Part shown: one piece after another, positions 13,301-24,610 of the stretch
Layout: every line of letters starts with the position of its first letter
Numbering within the stretch: the first letter of the stretch is position 1
Origin: Selaginella moellendorffii
Taxonomy: Eukaryota > Plantae > Lycopodiophyta
Assembly: GCF_000143415.4 (NCBI RefSeq)
Contig: NW_003314261.1
Coordinates: forward strand, 3,588,880 to 3,652,879
Reading direction: 5' to 3'
Length of the DNA stretch: 64,000 bases
Position numbers and translations under genes: made by a program
The notes under the pieces: generated by a model
Databases searched by the model: none
What the model was told of the DNA's origin: nothing
The model's input: only the letters and a program-made list of their open reading frames with translations

Positions 13301-14405
13301 CCTTGGTTGGCTACGGAATGAAGTTCCCGGTTCAAAATGTTGAAATTGAACTGTTTAAGGTGGTGTGGCTTGGTCGTGATGACCAAGTGGGAAGAGCACC
13401 TAAGGGAAATAAACTATGTCCGTGCGATGGCATAGTGAGTCCGAGGAAAGTAGTCTTTATAAAAGACCTATGGGAGGGTCACGAAGTTGGGCCGTGGATA
13501 GAGCCCATAGCAGAAGATGCTAAAGAGATGTACTAGGGGTGAACATCCTCCGGACTTGGCAAAGAAGAGTCTTTGCTATGGAATCGAAACAATACCTCAA
13601 GGAGGGAGGTAGAGATTCGATGTTGCTTGGTGCAACAATCAACAAATAGGAGCAAAAGATGAGTGGCCAAGATAGGGCCGTGGAATCCCTTGGAAGGAAT
13701 CCAAGTGACAAAGTTAGGCGAGGAACACTAATGTGTTGACGCTAACAAGTTGTGGGAAAGGAAGTGTGTTTCCAAGGAGGGATTTCGAAATGCTCTGATT
13801 TGGCGAAAGTGGAAGCTCCAAGGGAGGGAGCGGTAAGGTAGCCAAATGATAGGGCCATGAACAGCCCTAGCACAAAGTATGATAACTGGAACTTTGGCAC
13901 GAAATAGAAGAGAGGATGATGGTGCCCTCAAGTAGAGAACTTCCTAGGATGGGAAGTGGAGTTGCACAAAAGGTGCAAGGCAAGGTGTCGGAGACACCTA
14001 GGAAATTGACTCCAAGAAGTCAAAATTCAAAGTTCCAAAGTGCAAAGGTTATATCGATGGGAATTGAGACTACTCGAGAAGGAGTAGTGGGATTGACTTA
14101 GAGAAGGGTCTCTAAGAGGTTTAGCGAGAACTAAACCAATAAAAGGAGAGAACCACTATATGTGGTCCAATCAGTCTCTAAGTTGGAGAGACTACCCTCC
14201 TTAGAGGATATGCAAAAGGCATGGTGAGCCTTCAATGTCCAACCATTGACGAATATGGAGAAGGCATTGTGAGCCTTCAATGTCACACCATTGACAAATA
14301 TTGGCTACGTGCCAAGGATGGAAATGGTAACACATGCGGGTGTTACTTTATAAAATGGTTCACCGTTCGATGAGGACATCGAACTTCGTCTATGGGTGGT
14401 GGAGT

Positions 14406-16196
14406 TGTGAGACACAAAATCCCTAGGCCCCAAAGTGGAGCCGGAAGGGCGCCACATGGTAGTGGCCGAAGCGAGAGCCAAACGAGCGTAACACGTTTGG
14501 ACCAAAAGCTCCGACTTGAAAAGTCAAGAGCGGGAGTGGAACTCCCAACGAAGTGCTCGAGGAACGAGCACGAAGCAAGCAAAAGGCGAGGCTCCAAAAA
14601 GGGACCCAAAAGGACCAAAACATGACACGTGGGAGTGTCCAAGATGGACTCGAGTTGGAGTCCGAAGTGGAGTCCGAGATGGACCCGAGTTGGAGTCCGA
14701 AGTGGAGTCCGACATGGACCCGAGTTGGAGTCCGAAGTGGAGTCCGAGATGGACCCGAGTTGGAGTCCGAAGTGGAGTCCGAGGTGGACCCGAGATGGAC
14801 CCGAGTTGGAGTCCGAAGTGGAGTCCGAGATGGACCCGAGTTGGAGTCCGAAGTGGAGTCCGAGATGGACCCGAGATGGAGTCCGAGATGGAGTCCGAGA
14901 TGGAGTCCGAGGTGGACCCGAGATGGACCCGAAATGGAGTCCGAGATGGAGTCCGAGATGGACCCGAGATGGAGTCCAAGATGGAGTCCGAGATGGAGTC
15001 CGAGGTGGACCCGAGATGGACCCGAAATGGAGTCCGAAGTCGAGACCGAGACCGGGACCGAGACCGGGACCGAGACCGAGACCGAGACCGAGATCGGGAC
15101 CGAGACCGAGACCGAGGCCGAGGCCGAGACCGAGGCCGAGCCCGAGTCCGAGTTCGAATCCGAGTCCGAGTCCGAGTCCGAGTCCGAGTCCGGAGCCTGA
15201 GAGGGTGAAAGCCCAAAGCGTTCGTCTCCCAGACCCTGGGGGGTTTGGTGAGCTCCAAAAGTATAATAAGTGGGAGGACTGCAGTGGAGCCAGTTTGGCC
15301 AGGAAAGGCCAGTTTGGCCCAGGAAGGCCGGACCCAGTGTTGGGTGATGAGCTGCCCACTGGGAAGTCCAAGACTAGAGTGAACACGGACCGACAAGCGG
15401 GGTAGCTTGGTGAAGTGTTCAAGAGCCGGCTCTAGTTCCCCCGGGAGATCGACTGGCCAATGCTCCCAGTCCAAGTGTGGGTGGCACTACCTACTTGGAT
15501 ACCTGGTGTGGCTCAACGGAACCCGCTCTAAGCCCATGGCTAGAGCACCCAAGGGCAGAAGGCGAGGAGAGTACCCAGGTGGCTCGCGTAAGGCCACGGT
15601 GTTCCGAAATGTTGTCCCAAAGGCCCAGACTGTGGAAAGGAAGAGGAGCAGTCCTCTGGGGTAGTGACCAAGGACACAGTCGTGTGGTGAGGAAGTCCCC
15701 GAGGACTGTGGGACTTAGTGGTCGGGCCTGTGGGTCTCGATCCAGTGGCAGTGTTGGCGAACACAGCCAAGGACAGAAAGGGACTTGGTGGGGACCGGAA
15801 CAGAGATATTGGGGAAGGCTATTCCCCATGTCTGTAGGCATCCTAAGGATGTTAAAGAGTGGATCTGAGATGATCACTCATGGATGGATGACCCAGTCTT
15901 TGAGAGACGGGATTGGAATGTAGGTGGTGTTGGACCACCAGTGTGACCGAGGTAAATGGGCATGGCCTTAGCGTAACGGGCTGATATGTCGGTGGTACCT
16001 TGAGGTGTCGATCATGGGATCGGACACGTGGAGCACTTGGACCAAGTGCTAAGGTTGAGTGGCATGGATGCCATTCTTGGGGCTAGCAAGCCCCAAGTCC
16101 TGAGTTGGGCTTATGGAGGTTGTGAATGAGACTCCTCCAAGTGGTCGGAGGTGTGGTTAAGTGACTAAAGTAGAATGGAAAAATTAGTCGCTTACA
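14406..16196 (+). repeat. A1 3' LTR (1791 bp)
   Basis: tgtgagacac...gtcgcttaca, preceded by PPT atgggtggtggagt. Confidence 0.93.
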
Positions 16197-16201
16197 CACT
16201 G

Positions 16202-16635
16202 TACAAATACATGCAGCTTGTCAATCCAAATTGGAAAGGTGTATATTACAAAGTACCACCTGAAGAGGTACTTCATCATGTTCGAACTAACAATGCCATG
16301 AATTGAGATGGCACAAACTGGGGGATTATCAATTCCCAATCTAGTTGTCAAATTGGAGGATACTGATTTAGTCGATGCCAAATTCATGAGGCCTTAGCCA
16401 CTCACGATCCAAGTAGGCTGGAACAGAGGCACATGACAAGGATTCGACAACAGATTTATAGGAACAAGGATGCTTATGCACTTTGTCATATGGATTATGA
16501 GTATTCTTTCATTTCTGCTTTTTTGTCAGCACATGTAGTAACATGTTTATTGTAGCATATTGCAAGTTTGTAAGCTATAGTTTCTATGTACATGCCATTA
16601 TTTGCGGGGCAACTCATTAAATTGTAGCTTGCGAG
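16202..16635 (+). pseudogene. Transposase fragment 2 (first catalytic Asp region)
   Basis: Reads ...HDPSRLEQRHMTRIRQQIYRNKDAYALCHMD..[decayed intron]..YCKFVSYSFYVHAIICGATH*IVACE, matching the DP..R..RR.Y....LWH.D..HKL..F.IHG.IDG pattern of this integrase-core family; contains stops. Confidence 0.75.
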
Positions 16636-17782
16636 TGTAAGCCACAAATTTTTCCTTTCCAATTTGCCAGCTTACCTCGTCTATCCGTCCAACACTGCCT
16701 TGGCTTTTGCTAAGTCCCCTTGCCAAGGTTCTCGCCTATGGTACCAGCTCCTACTTGGTTTCAGCTACTCACTGCACGAGCAACGGGGTGTTAGCCATCC
16801 TTCCACGGATTCCCAAATCACTCCCAATCCCCCTCCCTGGGTTAGACTGGACTTAAGGTTCGGCTACACTCCCCGCAAGTACAAGCAGCCAAGCACACCA
16901 AGCTTCCAGGTTCCTAACATCCCTTGGTACCACAAGACTTGATCATGGGATCCTCTAAATCCCAAGTCTTGAGTGCAACACTTGCTTCAGGATGCCGGGG
17001 CGAAACACCGTGGCCTAGCAGCCCGGTATGGGTACCTCTCGCCCCCCACTTCCATCCCGAAGGAAGGCCCAAGCCCCTAGGAAGGGCGAGGACCAATGAG
17101 CCGCATGGTACTCAAGTGGGGCACCACTCCACATGAGCCGGGAGCACCGCAATCGGTTTCCCTTTCGGGAGTGGGAGCTGCTCTTGAGCACTTCCTTGGA
17201 TGGCCCCTCCGGCACCAGCCAAGTCCATGCTCACTCCCACCCAAGGCCCCTCGGTCCCAGTCTCAACCTCAAGTCAGTTTGGAAGCCCAACTGGAGAGTC
17301 CCTTCAAAACTGGTTCCTGGACCTCACTATCCCTACTATACTTTTGGAACCCCCTGCAGCCCCCCCCCCCTGGGAGACGCACGCTTTGGGCTTTCACCCC
17401 TTGACCCGTATTAGTATTTGGACTTAGTCTCTGGCTCGATCTCGGACCCGATTTCGGATCCGACTTCGGATTCGGGTTCGGACTCGATCACGGACTCGAT
17501 CTCGGACCCAATCTCGGACCCGACCTCGGACTCGACCTCGGACTCGGTCTCGGACCCGATTTCGGATCCGGACTCCGTCTCGAACTCGGTCTCGAACTCG
17601 GACTCGAACTCGGTCCCCGAGTCGGTCTCGGACTCGATTCCGGACTCTATCTCGAACTCGGTCCTAGAGTCGGTCTTGGACTCGATCCTCGACTTGGTCC
17701 CATCCGATGAACTCTTTGTCATTTCGGTCAAGTTTTTGGGGATCCTTTAGCCTACGACATCTCGGGGAGTCGGTTCCTTACA
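16636..17782 (-). repeat. B 3' LTR (1147 bp)
   Basis: About 11 substitutions plus 1 indel versus 23017-24164 (manual count). Confidence 0.95.
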
Positions 17783-17845
17783 ACTCCACCACCCATAAAA
17801 GAAGTTCGATGCCCACATCGAACGTCTCGTTTTATCCTACGACTT

Positions 17846-18090
17846 GTTGTCCATGTCTCCGGGGGCATCCCCCCACTTAGCGGTGTGCCTAAGTTAGCCT
17901 CCCCGGCCAAGAGCCCATGACAACGGAATATAGGTGTCCCTATACTCCTCACTTCACCACGCCCTAGTATAGGGTCGGGACTTGAACCCAGCCTTGCTTT
18001 ACTAGGGGGTTGGGACTCGAACCCAACCTCCGTAGAATACGTCTACGGATTCGACATCCCCGCGGGGAGTCGGGCGTAGTGCCCTACGCC
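17846..18090 (-). other. Conserved structured RNA module in the 3' UTR of B (homologues at 12793-13206 + in A1 and ~5646-6056 - in A2)
   Basis: Serial hairpins with compensatory changes between families; two GGTTCRAGTCCC T-arm/B-box motifs. Confidence 0.65.
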
Positions 18091-18567
18091 TGGTTGACCT
18101 ATCCAACCCATGCTAATTAGCTTACCTTTGGCGCGCCTTCGGGTCCCAACATATGCCACTTGCTCAACTTTGCAAATTGATATTTTTAATTGAATTTTGC
18201 ATAAGTACATAGAGTTCTGCCTTGCAGAAATTCCTCCACTAGATCTCGCGCGTTCGCTAGGTTCTCCTCCGGTTCCCATGTTGCTTCGCAGTGTGGAAAT
18301 CCTTTCCACTTCACATGGAACTCTCTCACCTCGCGTCCTTGTCGCTTGCTCTTGCGCGCATTGAGGATGGCTTCGACTTCGTATTCCTCTTCCCCTTGGA
18401 TAACCTCAGGTAAAGGTCTCACTTGGTCCTTGCGAAGTGGATCCTCAAAGTACGGCTTGAGTAAGTTCACGTGGAACACTGGGTGCATCTTCCCCATCTC
18501 TCGAGGAAGTCGGAGTCGGTAAGCCACTTTACCGATTCGAGCCTCAATCTCGTAAGGCCCCGCGAAC

Positions 18568-18619
18568 CTGCTTAAGGAACTCAAGATCAATTCATTTACA
18601 GGAATACATGCATCTTTAC
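18568..18619 (-). other. 52-nt GT-AG intron upstream of the integrase GPY motif
   Basis: CAA AG|GTAAAG...TTCCTTAAGCAG|G TTC GCG GGG CCT TAC; removal restores KLTQRFAGPY. Confidence 0.85.
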
Positions 18620-19037
18620 CTTTGGGTCAACTTTCGGCTGATCCCACTTGGTAGTCTGAGGTTCTTGGTGTTCAGCCACACCTTCTCCCCAGCTTGGAAC
18701 TCTACATCCCGACGCTTCTGGTTCGCGTATTTGGTTTGCCTTTGTTGAGCCTGTTCCAAGGAATCCCTCACTAGATTCCAAATGCTGAGTCTTTCCGCCG
18801 TGAATGCCTCCACTGTGGGCAACTCTCCATGATACTCGGCCACGCCGAGTTCCACAGGACCTTCAATAGCTCGCCCATTGATGACTTCCCATGGACTCAC
18901 CCCGATACTCGAATGTGGTGAGTTGTTATAACACATTTCCGCAAGTCCCAAATGACTTACCCAATCGGTCTGGTCTCCCGAGACATAGCATCGCAAATAA
19001 TCCTCCAGCTGCCTATTCACCCTTTCCGTTTGTCCGT

Positions 19038-19083
19038 CTGTCAAGAAGTGTTAGGGCCAACAACTTGACTCAATACCCCATAC
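19038..19083 (-). other. 46-nt GT-AG intron in the integrase core
   Basis: CAG ACA G|GTATGG...CTAAC..TTCTTGACAG|AC GGA CAA; removal restores HPQTDGQTERVN. Confidence 0.85.
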
Positions 19084-22000
19084 CTGTCTGTGGGTGATAG
19101 GCTGTGCTGAATTTCAACTTGGTGCGATACTGTTCCAGGAGAGTCCTCCAGAACCTACTGGTGAAGATCTTATCTCGATCTGAGATGATCTCTTCCGGTC
19201 TTCCCTGCACTCGAACCACTTGTTCGAAGAACAGCTTTGCCACACCTTCCGCATCCACCTCTGTTGTGGTGGGTATGAAGTGTGCCATTTTCGAAAATCG
19301 GTCCACCACCACGAATATCGCATCAAACCCCTCACTTGGGGGGAGTCCCGTGATGAAGTCCATTGTAAGACATTTCCACGGGCGATCTGGAATTGGGATG
19401 CTTTGCAACAAGCCCCCACTAGCCTTGGTCACGGCTTTTACCTGCTGACATGTTGGACATGTCTTTACATAGTCTTGGACGTCCTTAGCCATATCTGGCC
19501 AATGGTACTTCCTTTTGAGTAAGCCTATCGTCTTGGGCACTCCACCGTGTCCCGCAAGAGGTCCGTCATGACACTCTTCTAAGGCCACCTTCCTTAGTTC
19601 CCCTTCTGGAACATACACCCTCGTTTGCTTGTAATAAATGAGTCCGTTGCGTTCTGCATAGCCCGTTTTCTCTTCCGTTGGCAGCTCACCTCTCTGGTGA
19701 GCTTCCCGCGCCTCTAGATTCCTCAGCAACACTTCCTGTGCTAGACCATCGTTCTCATATGCTGTCCGCACATCGTCCCAGAAGGTTGCTGTTGCGCTGG
19801 ATATTGCCAACTTCAAGCTCGCTTTTCGACTTAGCGCATCCGCCACGATGTTGCTCTTCCCAGGCTTGTACAGAATTTCGCAATCAAACTCGGCCAAGGC
19901 ATTGGCCCACCGACCTTGTTTCCCTCTTAGGTCGGGCTGTGACAAGAAGTGTTTCGTTGCCACATTGTCCGTGTAAACCTTGAAGTGTCTCCCAAGGTAG
20001 TGTCGCCACTCCTTGAGTGCCTTGACCACCGCAAACAATTCCTTCTCATGGGCAGGCCACTTCCGTTGAGCCTTGTCCAGCTTCTTCGAGAAGAACGCTA
20101 CCGGATGGTTGTCTTGCTTCAGAACTGCGCCCAACGCAAAGTCCGAAGCATCCGTTTCTACCTCAAAGTCCTTACCAAAGTCTGGCAATGCCAATACGGG
20201 AGCCTTCCTCAACTTCCCTTTGAGGTGGACGAATGCCGTCTCGCATTCTGCTGTCCATACCATCTTCCCTTTTCCTGTTTGGTCCGTTAAGGGCAGGGCT
20301 ACTCTCGAATAGTGTCTGATAAACTTTCGATAGTAGTTGCATAGCCCCAGGAATGCCCTCAACTCATGTACATTCGATGGTCGCTCCCAATCCTGGATCG
20401 CTTGGACCTTCTCCGGGTCCACCTTGAGCCCGTCCTGGCCCACCACATGCCCAAGAAACTTTACCTCTTGTTGAGCAAAGTCACATTTGCTCTCTTTAGC
20501 ATACAGTTTGTGTTCCCTTAGTTTCTCAAACACCTTCGCCAAGTGTTCGGCATGCTCCTCTAGCGTCTCGCTATAGATCAGGATGTCGTCAATATAGACG
20601 ACCACGAAGTGATCCAGATAGGGTACAAAGATGTGGTTCATCAACGCCGAAAACGTTGCCGGCGCATTGCACAGCCCAAAGGGCATCACCAGAAACTCAA
20701 AGCTCCCATACCTCGTTCGACAAGTTGTCTTCTCGACATCTTCCTCAGCTACCCTGATCTGGTAGTATCCTGACCTTAGGTCAATCCTCGAGAAGTATTT
20801 TGCCTTTCCCAACCTATCGAACAGGTCCTCGATCCTTGGCAAAGGGTACTTGTTCTTCTTGGTATATTTGTTGAGCAACCGGTAGTCTATGCACATGCGC
20901 ATAGATCCATCTTTCTTTTTCACAAATAGCACCGGCGCCCCATACGGCGACTTGCTCAACCTAACATACCCTTTGTCCACCAACTCCTCTAGTTGGCTCT
21001 TGAGCTCCTTGAGTTCTTTTCCGTTCAATCGATAGGGTGGACGAACCACCACCTCAGCACCCTCGACTAGCTCAATCTTATGTTCTATCGGTCGTGCAGG
21101 GGGCAACCCCGCCGATAGCTCCTCTGGCATCGTATCCTGGAATTGGTCCAGCGCCTGCTGGATCACTAAAGGTACTTCTTCCGTTCTTGTCTTTTTGTCA
21201 CTCTTCACCGAGAGTAAGCACAAAAAGGCTGCCTTAGTTCCTTTAGTGAGTTGTCCTCTTGTGGACACCAGGTTTAAGCATGACTCTTTGGCCTTGCTTT
21301 GCCCCACCTTTAGATCCTGGGCCTCCACCCTAGATCTTCTTCCTTGGGCATTCGCCAATACCACAAGGTTCCTACCTTGTCCATGCAGGGCTACCACGAA
21401 CCGATTAAACCAATCCATTCCGAAGATCACGTCAAATCCCGCCATGTCCAAGACGGTGAAATCCATGTCCACTTTCCATGTCCCCACTTCGACTCTCGCT
21501 TGTCGAAGTACCTCATCGGTGCTTTGGCTACCTTGAACAAACTCTATAGTTCTTGGTTCGCCTAGCCGCTGCACCGTTAGTCCGGCTTGCCGGACTATGT
21601 CTACAGCCACAAAATTATCCGAAGCACCCGTGTTAATAAGGATCTTAACAAAGCTACCTCCGAGCTTCCCTCGGAGGGCTAGTAGATGTCGCGAACGACT
21701 CTCTACCAAAGTTGCTCGTGTAATGAGTAACTTTGAGTTAGGGACTGGATCACATACCTCATTTTGGACTTCACCCGACTTGATGGCCATATTGGCTCTG
21801 GCCTTCTTCGGGTAGGGACATTCCCTCGAAAAGTGTCCCGCTTCACCGCAGTTGTAGCATACGTTGTTTCCCACGCTGCTATATGACTTGACCTTCTTAT
21901 CCGTGGGTTTGTCTCTTTTCGCTTGACTCCCCCACGTACTTGCTCGCTGGCCACCGGATTTGCCTTTCCGGAATCCCGAGGACTCATTCTTAGAGAAACT

Positions 22001-23016
22001 CTTCTTGAATTTCCCCCTGCTATATGTTCCCCTCGGTTTGGCCCCTTTGTGAAACGTGGATCCCGACCCCGTCGTGTTCCCCTTTCGCAGGTTATCGTTG
22101 AAATGCACCTTGATGGCCGCATCCAACGCTTCCTTGTAGTTGGTCGGGTTCCAGCGCATCACCTCACCGCGAGCCCAGGTTTGCAAACCTGATATAAAGG
22201 CATGGAATGCATCCATATCCCCCATGTCCGTGACAAGTATCCTCTTTGCCATGAACCCATTCACATATTCCTAGATGGTTCCAGTCTGCTTCAGCCTACT
22301 CAGCTCATCTCTCAGATGCAGAGTGGCATTCGGAGGAACGTATGTCGCGCGGATCCTCGCCTTCATCATATCCCAGGTGGCCACCGGTCCTTCGTTGGCC
22401 TCCGTTGTTCTCCACCAAGACTTGGCATTATCTGCCAAGTATGGTTTTGCACATGGGACCTTCTCCGAGCTCGGTAACCGTAACGCTCGGAAGTAGTCCT
22501 CCATATCGTAAAACCAATCCTCCACAACCTTATAGTCGTTCACTCCCTTGAACACCGGTGGGGGCTTTGGTTTGTACTTGGGAACTGCCTGAGGGACTGA
22601 TTCCACTTCGGTCTGTTCGACCTTGTCTGGTTTTGCCTCAGTCCCTGCCGAAGGGTCTGCACCTTCTGCGCTGCCTTCATCCGCAGTCTTTCGCTTTTTC
22701 TTCCGCTTCTCGTCACGCTTTAACTTGCGTACGAGAGTCTCCAGCAGGGCATTGGTCTATGCCAACTGTCCTTCTAGCACGTCCAATCGAGCCTTGGACG
22801 ACCGAACCTCGCCACCGGACTCCTGTTTGGAAGTTTCCTCACTAGAGTCCTCCTCATGCAAGGATTCCTCATCCATAGCCTCTTGTTCAACCGGAGGCTC
22901 CAGCTCCGGCGGAGGTTCCGTCTCCGTCTGGGTTCGCTTACGCCCTGCCCTTGCCATCTCCCAGCAATCCGCCTCTATCCTTCGCTAGAACTGAGATAAA
23001 GGCTCCGATACCAAAT

Positions 23017-24164
23017 TGTAAGCCACAAATTTTTCCTTTCCAATTTGCCAGCTTACCTCGTCTATCCGTCCAACATTGCCTTGGCTTTTGCTAAGTCCCC
23101 TTGCCAAGGTTCTCGCCTATGGTACCAGCTCCTACTTGGTTTCAGCTACTCACTGCACGAGCAACGGGGTGTTAGCCATCCTTCCACGGATTCCCAAATC
23201 ACTCCCAATCCCCCTCCCCGGGTTAGACTGGACTTAAGGTTCGGCTACACTCCCCGCAAGCACAAGCAGCCAAGCACACCAAGCTTCCAGGTTCCTAACA
23301 TCCCTTGGTACCACAAGACTTGATCATGGGACCCTCTAAATCCCAAGTCTTGAGTGCAACACTTGCTTCGGGATGCCGGGGCGAAACACCGTGGCCTAGC
23401 AGCCCGGTATGGGTACCTCTCGCCCCCCACTTCCATCCCGAAGGAAGGCCCAAGCCCCTAGGAAGGGCGAGGACCAATGAGCCGCATGGTACTCAAGTGG
23501 GGCACCACTCCACATGAGCCGGGAGCACCGCAATCGGTTTCCCTTTCGGGAGTGGGAGCTGCTCTTGAGCACTTCCTTGGATGGCCCCTCCGGCACCAGC
23601 CAAGTCCATGCTCACTCCCACCCAAGGCCCCTCGGTCCCAGTCTCAACCTCAAGTCGGTTTGGAAGCCCAACTGGAGAGTCCCTTCAAAACTGGTTCCTG
23701 GACCTCACTATCCCTACTATACTTTTGGAACCCCCTGCAGCCCCCCCCCCCCTGGGAGACGCACGCTTTGGGCTTTCACCCCTTGACCCGTATTAGTATT
23801 TGGACTTAGTCTCTGGCTCGATCTCGGACCCGATTTCGGATCCGACTTCGGATTCGGGTTCGGACTCGATCACGGACTCGATCTCGGACCCAATCTCGGA
23901 CCCGACCTTGGACTTGACCTCGGACTCGGTCTCGGACCCGATTTCGGATCCGGACTCCGTCTCGAACTCGGTCTCGAACTCGGACTCGAACTCGGTCCCC
24001 GAGTCGGTCTCGGACTCGATTCCAGACTCTATCTCGAACTCGGTCCTAGAGTCGGTCTTGGACTCGATCCTCGACTTAGTCCCATCCGATGAACTCTTTG
24101 TCATTTCGGTCAAGCTTTTGGGGATCCTTTAGCCTACGACATCTCGGGGAGTCGGTTCCTTACA
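23017..24164 (-). repeat. B 5' LTR (1148 bp)
   Basis: Direct repeat of 16636-17782, TG...CA ends. Confidence 0.95.
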
Positions 24165-24169
24165 GCGAG

Positions 24170-24610
24170 CTAGCTACCTCCAAAAAATCCCATGCAATAT
24201 TCAACACATATGCACAAGTTGTTCATCGATTTGGAAGGCCCAAGTGCATCTGGAGCGACAATGCTCCAGAGCACAATGAGGTTGAGAGGGACATGGTCCG
24301 TTGTTGGGGTCCTGTAGCTAGGAGTTTCATACGTGGGACATCAACACGTAACTAGGTACTCACAGCATTAGAGTTTTTCCAAATAAGGACTAAATCAAAT
24401 TTGTTTTACAGCACATAGAGCATTTGTGGAGAGAGCTTTTTGAGTGCATGGTGTGGTTTTATAAGCACCTTTTTTGAGTCCATGGAAGATGTAGGAATTT
24501 TCAATGTATCTAATCCATGGCATAACCAAAGTCTACATTATGTTTTTGCTCCATACCTCAAGAAGGATATTTCACACTAGGTTGCAACATAGAACTTCCA
24601 TGAGGTCTGT
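24170..24610 (+). pseudogene. Transposase fragment 3 (second Asp and Glu of the DDE core)
   Basis: LATSKKSHAIFNTYAQVVHRFGRPKCIWSDNAPEH...SFIRGTSTRN*[intron ~24356-24410]HIEHLWRELF...(frameshift)...SLHYVFAPYL...*NFH; in frame with fragment 2 across the GCGAG TSD. Confidence 0.8.

Larger units (their letters stand above)
938..16196 (+). mobile_element. Non-autonomous (LARD-like) Ty3/gypsy-derived LTR retrotransposon, family A, copy A1
   Basis: TG...CA termini; TSD CACTG at 933-937 and 16197-16201; PBS at 10325-10336; PPT at 14392-14405; ~4-kb internal region without gag/pol ORFs. Confidence 0.93.
18186..22957 (-). pseudogene. Gag-Pol polyprotein (Gag, CCHC knuckle, protease, RT, RNase H, integrase, chromodomain) with two in-frame TAG stops and two introns
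   Basis: [37 protein letters not shown]...GHGG...[51 protein letters not shown]; stops at 22757-22759 and 22271-22273 are in the same frame. Confidence 0.93.
16636..24164 (-). mobile_element. Full-length Ty3/gypsy chromovirus LTR retrotransposon (family B)
   Basis: TSD GCGAG at 16631-16635 and 24165-24169; LTRs 16636-17782 and 23017-24164; PBS (rc) 23001-23013; PPT (rc) from 17783; domain order Gag-PR-RT-RH-IN-chromodomain. Confidence 0.96.

Noticed and set aside
22271-22273. Programmed gag-pol readthrough stop
   Set aside because: It lies in the middle of the Gag capsid region (LKQTGTI*EY), and a second stop exists upstream; CAG-to-TAG decay is simpler.
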